Shown: positions 25,768 to 34,762 of the stretch, piece by piece
Layout: each line of letters begins with the position of its first letter
Numbering within the stretch: position 1 is the first letter of the stretch
Assembly (NCBI GenBank): GCA_902776605.1
Contig: CACYQQ010000002.1
Coordinates: 1-53,636, forward strand
Direction of reading: 5' to 3'
Length of the DNA: 53,636 nt
From: an uncultured Bacteroidales bacterium
Lineage (GTDB): Bacteria; Bacteroidota; Bacteroidia; Bacteroidales; UBA3663
Notes under the pieces: model-generated
Seen by the model: only the letters and a program-made list of their open reading frames with translations
Told to the model about the DNA's origin: nothing
Database searches by the model: none
Made by a program: the position numbers and the translations under genes

Positions 25768-26423
25768 AGTTTCTTTGCATGAGAATTGTCGAACCAGATT
25801 TTTTTCTTGGTATAGTATTGGCTGATTTGAGTCAATTCGATGACGTCGCAGTTGCCGACTTCGCTTTGGCCGGCGAACTCATTGAGTTCGAGGTAATAGC
25901 GCATGAAGTTGTACTCATCCGATGCTTTGGTCACGAAGAAAGGCATCTTCTGTGTGCCGTTGCCCGTCGTTTCGATAGTGCTGTAGATGCTGTTGGCACG
26001 CTTGAGGAAATTGTCGGCATCGGACTCGAAGAAGTTTGGACTGCCCGCCTCCAGTTGTCTCCGGATACTCCACTCGGCAATGCGCAAGGCGGTGAGCGAC
26101 AGGGAGTTCATCTCCAAGGCATAATTAGCCAAGCGATAAGACTCCTTGTACTTACCGGCATTGTAAGCCTCCTCGGCCTTGACGGCCATACCCTCCTCGC
26201 GGTTCTTGGTCAAGACGGCTTGGCCATAAACCGCCAGGCGTTTCTCGTCGGCAGTCAAGGTGCGATCTACGGCAACCAGGCGCTCTACGAGAGCGCGGAT
26301 AGAGTCGGGTTGATTAGCTGCGAGACGCTCCACAGCGCTCCAGTTGATAGGTTTGATTTCGCTCTGCGCAAAGGCTGCGAAGAACAAGATACTGAAAAAC
26401 AGAATCAATGAAGTCTTTTTCAT
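25752..26423 (-). CDS. DUF4919-like secreted protein, paralog A
   Basis: Has a signal peptide. It shares TTGNG..PF(F/Y)VT..SDEYNFMRY.LE..F.GQ..G.CDVI.L...SQYY...WFD with 31031..31720. The family name is from memory. Confidence 0.6.
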   Translation of the reverse strand: MKKTSLILFFSILFFAAFAQSEIKPINWSAVERLAANQPDSIRALVERLVAVDRTLTADEKRLAVYGQAVLTKNREEGMAVKAEEAYNAGKYKESYRLANYALEMNSLSLTALRIAEWSIRRQLEAGSPNFFESDADNFLKRANSIYSTIETTGNGTQKMPFFVTKASDEYNFMRYYLELNEFAGQSEVGNCDVIELTQISQYYTKKKIWFDNSHAKKLAKEK

Positions 26424-26468
26424 AAGCCAAGAATATATCTTAAATTTCCCAAATGGTTATTTACGCTG

Positions 26469-26476
26469 CAAAGATA
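26469..26476 (-). promoter_or_regulatory. -7 box TATCTTTG for DUF4919-like paralog A
   Basis: Reverse complement of caaagata, 45 nt upstream of the ATG at 26423. Confidence 0.5.
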
Positions 26477-26529
26477 ACTAATAAGTAAACAATATGCAAG
26501 AAATTGCAAATATTTCTATATTTATTACA

Positions 26530-29394
26530 TTATTTTGACTTATCTTGCAAGACAGACGTATTCTTTTCCAAGCGGAAATAGATATAACTGATGAGGAAGA
26601 GCAGGATGCCTGCCACGAGGAAACTGATGGGTCGATAGAAAGCATTGTCGAACACGATGTCCCAGAACAGCAACTTGATGACGCAGACCATGGTAAGTAC
26701 TAGTCCGTAGAGGCGTAACCCCTTGTAGTTGAAGCGGAAACCTGCCACGATGAAGGCGATGGCAAGGACGATGCCGGCCAACGAAATGAGGTAGGAGACG
26801 GCCGAGAACCGACCGAGGATGATCCACAAGGTCCAGGTGAACTTCAAACCGTTGTAGAAGCTCACTCGCCGCTCTGGCATATACCGCATCAAGGAATTGA
26901 CGCGACGCAGGTTGACAACAGCCAGCATCAGGACAAAGACAACCAGCAAAGCGGTACTATATGGTTCCGTACCTTCTTGGCTATGAATGAAATACAACGG
27001 TTCGGGGCTCTCTCGGAGTAAGCCTGTGCCGACCAACAAGAGGAACTCGTGGGCAATCATACAGATTTTGTTGCAAACCGAATCGAGGGTTCCTGTCTGC
27101 GGATCGATGGCAAAACGCAAAACACCACATGCGATGACAAAAAGGGAACACAATGCCCAAACCTCTGTTCCGCCCAACAAGTCACATGCACCCAAGGCGC
27201 AGATGAAACACAGACCCAAGGCTGTCAACCCGAGTTTGTCGGTCCGGTTGTAGTGTCGCCAAGTCCAATAGGCACAACCCAAAACGGGCAACAGATAGAC
27301 ACCCCAAAACGCCATACGCACCGACAGTTTGTCAAAGAACATACTGAACATTAGATTGATTGCCAATAGGATGTAGGCCACCACTTTAACCACGTCATTC
27401 CTCTTGTGATGAGCCTCCAGCCAAAGCATCACACCTGCGGCAAGTCCGATAATGGGACCACCATATCGGTTAGGGATGGCAAGTAAAGCCGCGAGATGGT
27501 CACTGGCCGACGAAACAACCAACAAGTAAATTCTCAATGGAACGACAGCAACGGCCAACAAGACACTCAGTCCTAAGATGCCATCCCAGGCTCTCTTGGT
27601 TTTGAGGTCTGCACCCGTGACAATCTCAGGTTTGAATGTCAACGTCATGCAATAGGCAAAAAGACAAAGACAGGTCAGTTCACTATCCAACCAATTACAA
27701 ATGCACAACTCACAAATGCCCCATGCCAATCCGCATAGGAGTATCCCTTTCTCCAACTGCGCACACCGGCGCCAGAGCCAGTAGCCGAAACCGACCAAGG
27801 TCGCCAAATAGAGGAAGATGCCACTCTGCAAATGCATATATACCTGCACCTGCTCAAAGGGCTCTGGACCAGTCTGTTCGGACACCTCGTAGGGTATGGA
27901 CAGACGGTCGGCATAACTGCATGTGTAGAGAAATAGGTAAACATAGCCTAAGTATCTGACTTTCGCCTTGTTGTAATAGCAACCCAATCCTAAGGCTAAC
28001 AGCGCAGGCACAAAGAACGAGCCGCACCAGCCGTGATAGAAAGTGCCGAAATTCAAGGCAGGAATCACGACGGCAGTAAATCCGCTCATCAGGTAGAACA
28101 GGACTTTCCGATTCTTCAACGACGAACTGCCAAAGTATTTGTAATACAGCGCACTGAGGCCTATCAGCGTGACACTCAACAAGAGACTCCACGCCACCGG
28201 ATTGTCAAACAAAGGGGTAGAATCGAAGTAGTAATCCAGTCTCAAGAAATTCGCATTATCACGATATTGGAACTGTGTGGCGCTCCACATCAATACGAAC
28301 AACGTAAGGAGGGTTGGTACTGCCAAAAGGAGGCGTTGACGAATCTGTCGGTGGTAGTAAATCACCTGACCCACCAACACGGCAGTCGTCGATAGGAAGA
28401 TAAGCAACTGCGCCAACGTGCTGCTGTCATAGTTGTCGGCCATGGGCAACATCACCAACGGATATTGCCACAACAACCAGGCATCCTGCTTGTAGCGGCG
28501 TGTCCAATTGGTAGCAAACAAGGCACCCACACTGAGCATATAGACAATAAGTCCGACGGGTGAACCACCCCAACGTTGCACGGTCATATAGGCCGAAATC
28601 AAGATACCGATGTAGCAGATGTAACAGAACATCCGTGACTTGTATTTGCTCAATGCCGTCATGGCAGCTATCCACAGCACGACACAGACCATCAGAGGCA
28701 CTTCGGGCAACACACCAAGCACCAGATGCGACACTAACAAGGTGACGTACAGACCCGCTGAACCGCATCCTGCCAGTGCGGCAAACAGGGTACGGAATTT
28801 TGTGCTGCTATGCATTCGCCAGACACCGACACCAGCTATCGCGGCACTCACCACCGTCATCAGGATGGCCTTCATCGTATCGGTCAGACGAGGTTGTATC
28901 AGACTGCCGAACAGCACTAAGGCAAAGATAATCAACGCCGAACCAGCCAGCGGAATGAGCATCTTGCCAATCTTGGACTCCAACGACTTGCCCGCTGGAT
29001 TCAGCTCGTCCGTCGCCGCCGCATTTCCTGCCGAGTGGGGCAATGCCGGTTGCATTCTTCCCATCGGTTGGAAATCAATCGGTTCGGCGACCGTCACTGC
29101 TTGTTCCTCTTCGGCCGCTGGCTCTACCTCAGTTTCAACAGCAGTTGTCTCTATGACGGGCTCCATTGGATACTCCTCAACCTTGGTCTCCACGGTAGGC
29201 TCCTCTTCGGCAATCGAAGTGGGTGCAGTCTTGTCTCTCAGTACTTCTTCGCCAACCGACATAAACGACTGCATATCAATCTCTTCGGCCTTCAGAAGCG
29301 CCATTTCGCGTTGCAACTCAGCGACCTGGGCTTCCAGTTCGCTGACGCGCTCCTCCAAACTCTGTTTTTGTCTTAATGAATCCATAGTTTTCAA
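26530..29394 (-). CDS. DUF2339-type large polytopic membrane protein with an N-terminal coiled coil
   Basis: 954 aa. The N-terminus LEERVSELEAQVAELQREMALLKAEE is followed by an acidic linker and more than 20 hydrophobic segments. Confidence 0.7.
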   Translation of the reverse strand: MKTMDSLRQKQSLEERVSELEAQVAELQREMALLKAEEIDMQSFMSVGEEVLRDKTAPTSIAEEEPTVETKVEEYPMEPVIETTAVETEVEPAAEEEQAVTVAEPIDFQPMGRMQPALPHSAGNAAATDELNPAGKSLESKIGKMLIPLAGSALIIFALVLFGSLIQPRLTDTMKAILMTVVSAAIAGVGVWRMHSSTKFRTLFAALAGCGSAGLYVTLLVSHLVLGVLPEVPLMVCVVLWIAAMTALSKYKSRMFCYICYIGILISAYMTVQRWGGSPVGLIVYMLSVGALFATNWTRRYKQDAWLLWQYPLVMLPMADNYDSSTLAQLLIFLSTTAVLVGQVIYYHRQIRQRLLLAVPTLLTLFVLMWSATQFQYRDNANFLRLDYYFDSTPLFDNPVAWSLLLSVTLIGLSALYYKYFGSSSLKNRKVLFYLMSGFTAVVIPALNFGTFYHGWCGSFFVPALLALGLGCYYNKAKVRYLGYVYLFLYTCSYADRLSIPYEVSEQTGPEPFEQVQVYMHLQSGIFLYLATLVGFGYWLWRRCAQLEKGILLCGLAWGICELCICNWLDSELTCLCLFAYCMTLTFKPEIVTGADLKTKRAWDGILGLSVLLAVAVVPLRIYLLVVSSASDHLAALLAIPNRYGGPIIGLAAGVMLWLEAHHKRNDVVKVVAYILLAINLMFSMFFDKLSVRMAFWGVYLLPVLGCAYWTWRHYNRTDKLGLTALGLCFICALGACDLLGGTEVWALCSLFVIACGVLRFAIDPQTGTLDSVCNKICMIAHEFLLLVGTGLLRESPEPLYFIHSQEGTEPYSTALLVVFVLMLAVVNLRRVNSLMRYMPERRVSFYNGLKFTWTLWIILGRFSAVSYLISLAGIVLAIAFIVAGFRFNYKGLRLYGLVLTMVCVIKLLFWDIVFDNAFYRPISFLVAGILLFLISYIYFRLEKNTSVLQDKSK

Positions 29395-29429
29395 GTTGTT
29401 ATGCCCAATAATGAAAGCTGTCTCTTCTA

Positions 29430-30014
29430 TTACTTTTTCACTTTACAATCCACTTCGAATGGGATGATAGCGTTCAACGCCTTTTGTCGGAAGTCGGCCA
29501 ACTTATCATGCATGAAGGGCATGATGTCGTCTCCATAGACGCGGTGGGTGTAGAAGATTAGTTGCAAGGCAGGGGAACCATTCACCTTTATCATTCGGTA
29601 TTTATGGACATCAAATTCAATCATTTCAAGGGAGTCGTTCTTGCTCAGATAACACATGAAATCAATCATCCATTCCGACTTATCCGGACTGTTGCTGATG
29701 GCCCAATTCCAGACATCCTTATTCTTACGACCCTGCAATTCCTCCTCCTTGGCCTTCACTGCCATTTCGGGGTTTACGATGGGAGGAACATTCGTAATGA
29801 CAGAGACTGTAAACATATCGTCATACTTCTCGTAGGTCTGTCCCTTTGGAAAATACTCCTGCAAATAGACCGTCGAGCTGTTTTGGCTAAATCCCAAATG
29901 ATACTGGATGCCGTTGAATTTCAAATCACTCACACCGAGGTAGTCCTGCACCTTTTGTGCCATCAACGTCGTCGATGCCAAAACCAACAGCAAGGATAAG
30001 ATAAGTTTTTTCAT
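29430..30014 (-). CDS. Secreted hypothetical protein (194 aa), likely co-transcribed with the DUF2339-type gene
   Basis: Signal peptide MKKLILSLLLVLASTTLMAQ; 35-nt gap to the next gene. Confidence 0.6.
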   Translation of the reverse strand: MKKLILSLLLVLASTTLMAQKVQDYLGVSDLKFNGIQYHLGFSQNSSTVYLQEYFPKGQTYEKYDDMFTVSVITNVPPIVNPEMAVKAKEEELQGRKNKDVWNWAISNSPDKSEWMIDFMCYLSKNDSLEMIEFDVHKYRMIKVNGSPALQLIFYTHRVYGDDIMPFMHDKLADFRQKALNAIIPFEVDCKVKK

Positions 30015-30042
30015 CGCGTCTATAAGATTAAATTTATGTCGT

Positions 30043-30135
30043 TTACGGTGCTGCCCTTACAGGGCGAACCCTCTCTTGCTCCACGGGACCCCAGGCGCTG
30101 CCTGGGGCTGACCGGTATTGCGCTTTCAGCGCGTC
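30043..30135 (+). repeat. REP-like element A (three hairpins)
   Basis: GCCCTTACAGGGC, CCCCAGGCGCTGCCTGGGG and GCGCTTTCAGCGC. It is homologous to elements B and C. Confidence 0.85.
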
Positions 30136-30340
30136 ATCAAACAGAGAACACTGTATCTTCAAAACCGCGCAGACAATAGCAAAGGATGTTTCGTTCGGTC
30201 CGATAGGATAGCTTCGAACTATACCAGCATCAATTATTCCTTAATGCTTGTGTTTTCGCTCTGATTAATAGAATAGTTCTTGAACCAACCTCGAAAGTTT
30301 TACTTGAACATTTCCTTATGATAATTATGTCTTGCATAGA

Positions 30341-30434
30341 GGAACGCCACGAAGTGGCAATACCGATCAGCCCAGGGCAACGCCCTGGGTTTACGTGGGC
30401 AAGAAAGGAATGCGCCCTGTAAGGGCAACACCGT
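30341..30434 (-). repeat. REP-like element B (inverted), abutting the RAYT 3' end
   Basis: The reverse complement carries GCCCTTACAGGGC, CCCAGGGCGTTGCCCTGGG and GCCACTTCGTGGC. Confidence 0.85.
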
Positions 30435-30440
30435 CAATAA

Positions 30441-30896
30441 TCAATCTGTCCATAGATATTTCTCGTCATATTCAATGTTATACAATTGAAGGAACTGGAT
30501 ATACTCATCCCGAAAGGATTGCTTCTTATGGTGTTCCGCTTGGTTCTGCAAGTAACGAATCACCGTATTGACTTGTGATTGCCCAATGGAAAATGCCCCA
30601 TATCCACCTTGCCACGCAAAGTCTTCATAATAAGGCGACAAGGTCTTTATCCAACGACTACTATTCCGCTTCATCTCTTCCACCACATGAGCCGTATTTT
30701 CTGTCTTGGACAAGGTAATGAGCACATGAACATGGTCTTCCGTCCCTCCCACCTGCAAAACTTGGCAACCTGCAATATTCACCATCTTTCCGATGTAACG
30801 GTGCAAGGAATCAATATCTTCAGGTCTGATTATACGGCACGACGTTTTTAGGTGAAATACGATGTGCAAGTATATTTTTGTAAGCGATTGTGACAT
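30441..30896 (-). mobile_element. REP-associated tyrosine transposase (RAYT) / IS200-like Y1 transposase
   Basis: 151 aa: MSQSLTKIYLHIVFHLK, HUH motif DHVHVLITL, WQGGYGAFS, catalytic-Tyr region VIRYLQNQAEHH. It is flanked by inverted REP elements B and C. Confidence 0.85.
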
Positions 30897-30917
30897 TTAA
30901 TCATTTTATTTATAGGT

Positions 30918-31011
30918 TCTTACGGTGCTGCCCTTACAGGGCGAATGTCCTCTATCTACTTGAGACCCAGGGCGTTGCCCTGGGCTATTCGATGTTGCGC
31001 TTTCAGCGCGT
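30918..31011 (+). repeat. REP-like element C, abutting the RAYT 5' end
   Basis: Hairpins at 30930-30942, 30966-30984 and 30997-31009. Confidence 0.85.
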
Positions 31012-31030
31012 TTACCGAATCCACACGATT

Positions 31031-31720
31031 TTACTTTTCAAACTTGCGTTGTAGCACCTTCAAGGGCCAAGTCGCGTCAAACCAGACAGTTTCGGCGTTG
31101 TAATACTGACTTGTTTCGCCCAACGTAATGACGTCACAGGTGCCCACCAATTTTTGACCCGTGAACTCCCAGATCTCGAGAAAATACCTCATGAAATTAT
31201 ACTCATCAGATACCTCGGTAACATAAAACGGATAATCTTCACTGCCATTACCCGTTGTAGCGATGGTATTGTAAACACGTTGTGCACGGAGGTAGTAGAT
31301 CTCGGCATTTGATTTGGTGTACTTCATGCTACCCGCTTTGACCATCTTCAAGATGCTCCGTTCTGCCAACGAGAGTGCCTTTGTATTGAGCGGATTCTCT
31401 TTCAGGAGGGACTTGGCACATTCAAGCGCCTCTTCATATTTCCCTTGGCCATAGTATTCGTCACCATCCATCGCGGTTTTGCTTGTACCCAAACAAGGAC
31501 AGAGAATCCCCATGCCATAAATTGCCAAACGACGTTCTTCCCAAGTCAGTGAACGATCCAAGGTATCGGCCGAGAGACGTATGGCCAAAGCGCGCACGCT
31601 ATCTGATTGTGCTTTAGCTATTTTCTCCATATTGTCCCAGTTGATAGGGAATAAGTCTCTCTCTGCATGACATACTCCCATCATGCACATTAAAAGCAAT
31701 GTAAACAAAAGTTTTTTCAT
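31031..31720 (-). CDS. DUF4919-like secreted protein, paralog B
   Basis: Has a signal peptide and shares C-terminal motifs with 25752..26423. Confidence 0.6.
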   Translation of the reverse strand: MKKLLFTLLLMCMMGVCHAERDLFPINWDNMEKIAKAQSDSVRALAIRLSADTLDRSLTWEERRLAIYGMGILCPCLGTSKTAMDGDEYYGQGKYEEALECAKSLLKENPLNTKALSLAERSILKMVKAGSMKYTKSNAEIYYLRAQRVYNTIATTGNGSEDYPFYVTEVSDEYNFMRYFLEIWEFTGQKLVGTCDVITLGETSQYYNAETVWFDATWPLKVLQRKFEK

Positions 31721-31895
31721 TGTGTTTATTAGTTTGATTTTTGTTCTGTATTTAGTTTATTGTCTTTCAAGGACTTCGAACTATTCAAAATTACCGAATA
31801 ATTGCCCACCGAATGTCTCTATTTAAGGAAATATGACAAAAACGGCCATGCAAATATACATATAAAAACTGAAATGCCCGCACCTTTTGTCCATT

Positions 31896-31943
31896 TTTTT
31901 CAAAAAAGCAGGCTTTTGACTGCGTGGGGTAGTCAAAAGCCTG
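31896..31943 (-). terminator. Rho-independent terminator of the lipoprotein gene at 31990..32541
   Basis: 13-bp stem CAGGCTTTTGACT/AGTCAAAAGCCTG, followed on the minus strand by CTTTTTTG. Confidence 0.75.
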
Positions 31944-31989
31944 TCTATGCGATATTAAGTAGTTGGTAATAATAATCTGGACCAACAAC

Positions 31990-32541
31990 TTATAAAACAA
32001 TCTCTATCTTGTTGCTATCCAACCGCTTGCCGTCCAACATATAGTAGCGGTTGCAACTCATTTTACCCCGTTTTTCGATATGGTCGGAGCAATGGTAATG
32101 GATGGTGTGTGTCACACCGTAGGGGAAGGAGAGGACGATGTCTTCATCCATATCAACAGCTCCGTCAATTTCACCGACATAAATCATAAAGTTGTCAGCC
32201 TGTTTCCATTCCCAACTCTTTCCCGTCCAGACGTATTCATGATCGACCAGACAGAAACCGTGCCATTGTGCCAAGTACACTCTGGTGTATTCAGGAAAAT
32301 TCTTACGAATCTGATACGTCTCGCCCTTGAAGGTGGCAGTCATGACATCCACCACGCAACTGTTGCTCAATGTGTCAAGCAGGTCGTTACCGTACATATC
32401 CTTCACCGATATCAATATCTCGGCAGGCGCCCAATCGACAATCCAACCATCCGAATCGTCATCATCCGAAGAACAACTGCTCCATGCACTCACACCCAAC
32501 AGGGCAACCACTGCCCACAATAATGTACTTAACTTTTTCAT
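31990..32541 (-). CDS. Hypothetical lipoprotein (183 aa)
   Basis: Lipobox SAWSSC followed by an acidic SSDDDDSD linker. Confidence 0.65.
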   Translation of the reverse strand: MKKLSTLLWAVVALLGVSAWSSCSSDDDDSDGWIVDWAPAEILISVKDMYGNDLLDTLSNSCVVDVMTATFKGETYQIRKNFPEYTRVYLAQWHGFCLVDHEYVWTGKSWEWKQADNFMIYVGEIDGAVDMDEDIVLSFPYGVTHTIHYHCSDHIEKRGKMSCNRYYMLDGKRLDSNKIEIVL

Positions 32542-32580
32542 GTTTTAGTCCTTTTTTAGTGAATAAATAGTGAGTCCCAA

Positions 32581-32692
32581 GAAAAAGTCGAAACAGGTCT
32601 GTCGCCCCTTCGGGGCTTAACTGTAACCGTTTGATTTTCAAGAAGGGGTTTCACCCCTCCCTGTGGTCTTTAGGTCCCTTCGGGACTTTTTC
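32581..32692. ncRNA. Candidate structured RNA or leader: a 9-bp closing helix enclosing three GC-rich hairpins
   Basis: GAAAAAGTC (32581-32589) pairs with GACTTTTTC (32684-32692). Inside are GCCCC-TTC-GGGGC, AGGGG-TTTCA-CCCCT and (AG)GTCCC-TTC-GGGAC(TT). The strand is unresolved. Confidence 0.3.
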
Positions 32693-33132
32693 AAGCGGGC
32701 TCAATAGTTAATACACTTACTAAATGCAGCCGTTGGCGAAATACTGCATGGCAAAGAACGAAAACGATAACCAAAACGAAAAAGAAACTTCGTCAACGAA
32801 AACGAAACTTCGTACGAAAACCAAAACGATAACGAAAACAAAAAAACTCCCTTGCACTCTTTTCAACTCCGTGAGAGGTTATAATACTCCGTCAATTAAA
32901 CTTAATTTGAACTCAATTCCGTGTGTCGCGAGAGCCATGCAACTCAATTGGTAACTCAATTGAACTCAATTTGAAAGATGCGAAAACTAAAAACCTTCGC
33001 GAAAACGAAAAAACTTCCGCGTCAACTATAACTAACTTTGTACGAAAACGAAAACTAAAACGAAAAACCTTCGCGTCAACTATAACAACCGAATTCTCTA
33101 ATTCTCATTCATTCATCTTATCGTCTCCCCAA

Positions 33133-33161
33133 GAAAATTCTCTAATTCTCTAATTCTTGAG
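33133..33161 (-). repeat. Inverted copy of the CTCAAGAATTAGAGAATTAGAGAATTTTC module
   Basis: gaaaattctctaattctctaattcttgag is the exact reverse complement of the start of the 221-bp repeat unit. It is followed by a 3 x ~16-bp stutter, TCTTGAGTT(T)AATCTTT, that runs into the comM stop. Confidence 0.8.
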
Positions 33162-33196
33162 TTTAATCTTTTCTTGAGTTAATCTTTTCTTGAGTT

Positions 33197-34649
33197 TTAT
33201 CCTTGACCCCACGAGTGCTTGTCCAGGTTGCGGTACGAGATGGCCTCGGCAATGTGGGTTGAGGAGATTGACTCACACCCCTCATAGTCGGCAATGGTAC
33301 GTGCCACGCGCAAGATGCGGTCGTAGGCACGGGCCGAGGGCATTGAGTTGAGCCGCCGCCGACAGTTGAGCAAAACGCTCCTCCTGAATGCGTCGTGCCT
33401 TGAGTACACGTTCACGAATTGAGGCCGACGACTCCGAGACATGATGACGAGACATCTCCTCGAACGACAGCGGACGAATCTCAATCTGCATGTCGATGCG
33501 GTCGAGCAACGGACCCGAAATACGTCCCAAGTACTTACGCACCTGCGATTCGGTGCAGGTACACTCGTGCGTAGGGTGGTTGTAGTAGCCGCATGGGCAA
33601 GGGTTCATCGATGCCACCAACATCACGCTGGAGGGGTACGTCACCGTGTTCTTGGCACGGGCGATGGTGATGACACGGTCCTCGAGGGGTTGGCGCAACA
33701 CCTCCAACACCTCACGTCGGAACTCTGGCAGTTCATCCAGATAGAGCACTCCGTTGTGCGCCAACGAGACCTCACCCGGCAGCGGGTTCGTGCCGCCGCC
33801 AATCAGTGCCACGCTCGATATAGTGTGGTGCGGCGAACGGAAAGGACGTTGCGTGATGAGACCCGTCTCGGCACGCAGACCCGCCACGCTGTGTATCTTG
33901 GTGGTTTCCAACGCCTCGCCCAACGAGAGCGGCGGCAGGATACTGGGCAGGCACTTTGCCATCATACTCTTGCCCGCACCCGGAGGACCCACCATGATGA
34001 GGTTATGACCACCCGCAGCGGCGATGGCGAAAGCACGTTTCTCGACCTCCTGCCCCTTGACGTCGGCAAAGTCGGCAGCATAGGTGCGCTCCGCCTTGGC
34101 AAACATCTCGCGCGTGTTGACCTCCAACCGTTCCAACTCTCCGCGTCCACTCAGGAACTCGACGATCTGATGCAGGTCGTCGGCAATGAGCACCTCCAAC
34201 TGGTTGACCACCGCCGCCTCACGGGCATTCTCGCGCGGCACGACGATACCCTTCAACCCCATCTTACGGGCCAAGATGGCAAACGGCAGACAACCGCTCA
34301 CGGGTTTGACCTTGCCGTCCAACGACAGTTCGCCCACCAGCATGTAGTCGCCCAACTTGGCAGCAGGAATCAACTCGCCCGCCGCCAGCACCGCCACGGC
34401 AATAGGCACGTCGTACATCGACCCCTCCTTGCGCACGTCTGCAGGCGCCAGGTTGATAGTGATCTGTTTGCGCGGCACACGCATCCCGACCTCACGGAGC
34501 GCACTCTCCATGCGGTCTCGACTCTCCTTGACTGCCGCATCGGGCAACCCGATGATGATGATTCGACAACCCGGCGAGATAGCCGTTTCGCAATAAACTG
34601 GTGTAGCATCAATGCCTTGCAAGGCAGCAGATAAGGTACGGACAACCAT
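33197..34649 (-). pseudogene. comM: comM/yifB (Mg-chelatase-like AAA+ competence protein) with an internal deletion plus frameshift near the 3' end
   Basis: Frame A (33282..34649) matches ComM up to ...[17 protein letters not shown]. Frame B (33197..33484) resumes at [28 protein letters not shown]...ISYRNLD. The total is 1453 nt (not a multiple of 3), or ~484 codons against ~510 for the family as I recall it. Confidence 0.75.
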
Positions 34650-34652
34650 ATA

Positions 34653-34686
34653 GGACTCTCCCCGACCCTCCCTAATAGGGAGGGAG
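34653..34686 (+). repeat. H element copy 2
   Basis: GGACTCTCCCCGACCCTCCCTAATAGGGAGGGAG, preceded by TAG. It lies 3 nt outside the comM start codon, and no + strand gene ends here. Confidence 0.85.
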
Positions 34687-34762
34687 AATTAATAATTTGC
34701 TTTAGTTATTGATAAAGGAATGACAAGAACAAACCGATAATATAATGTAAGGTAGAAGCAAT

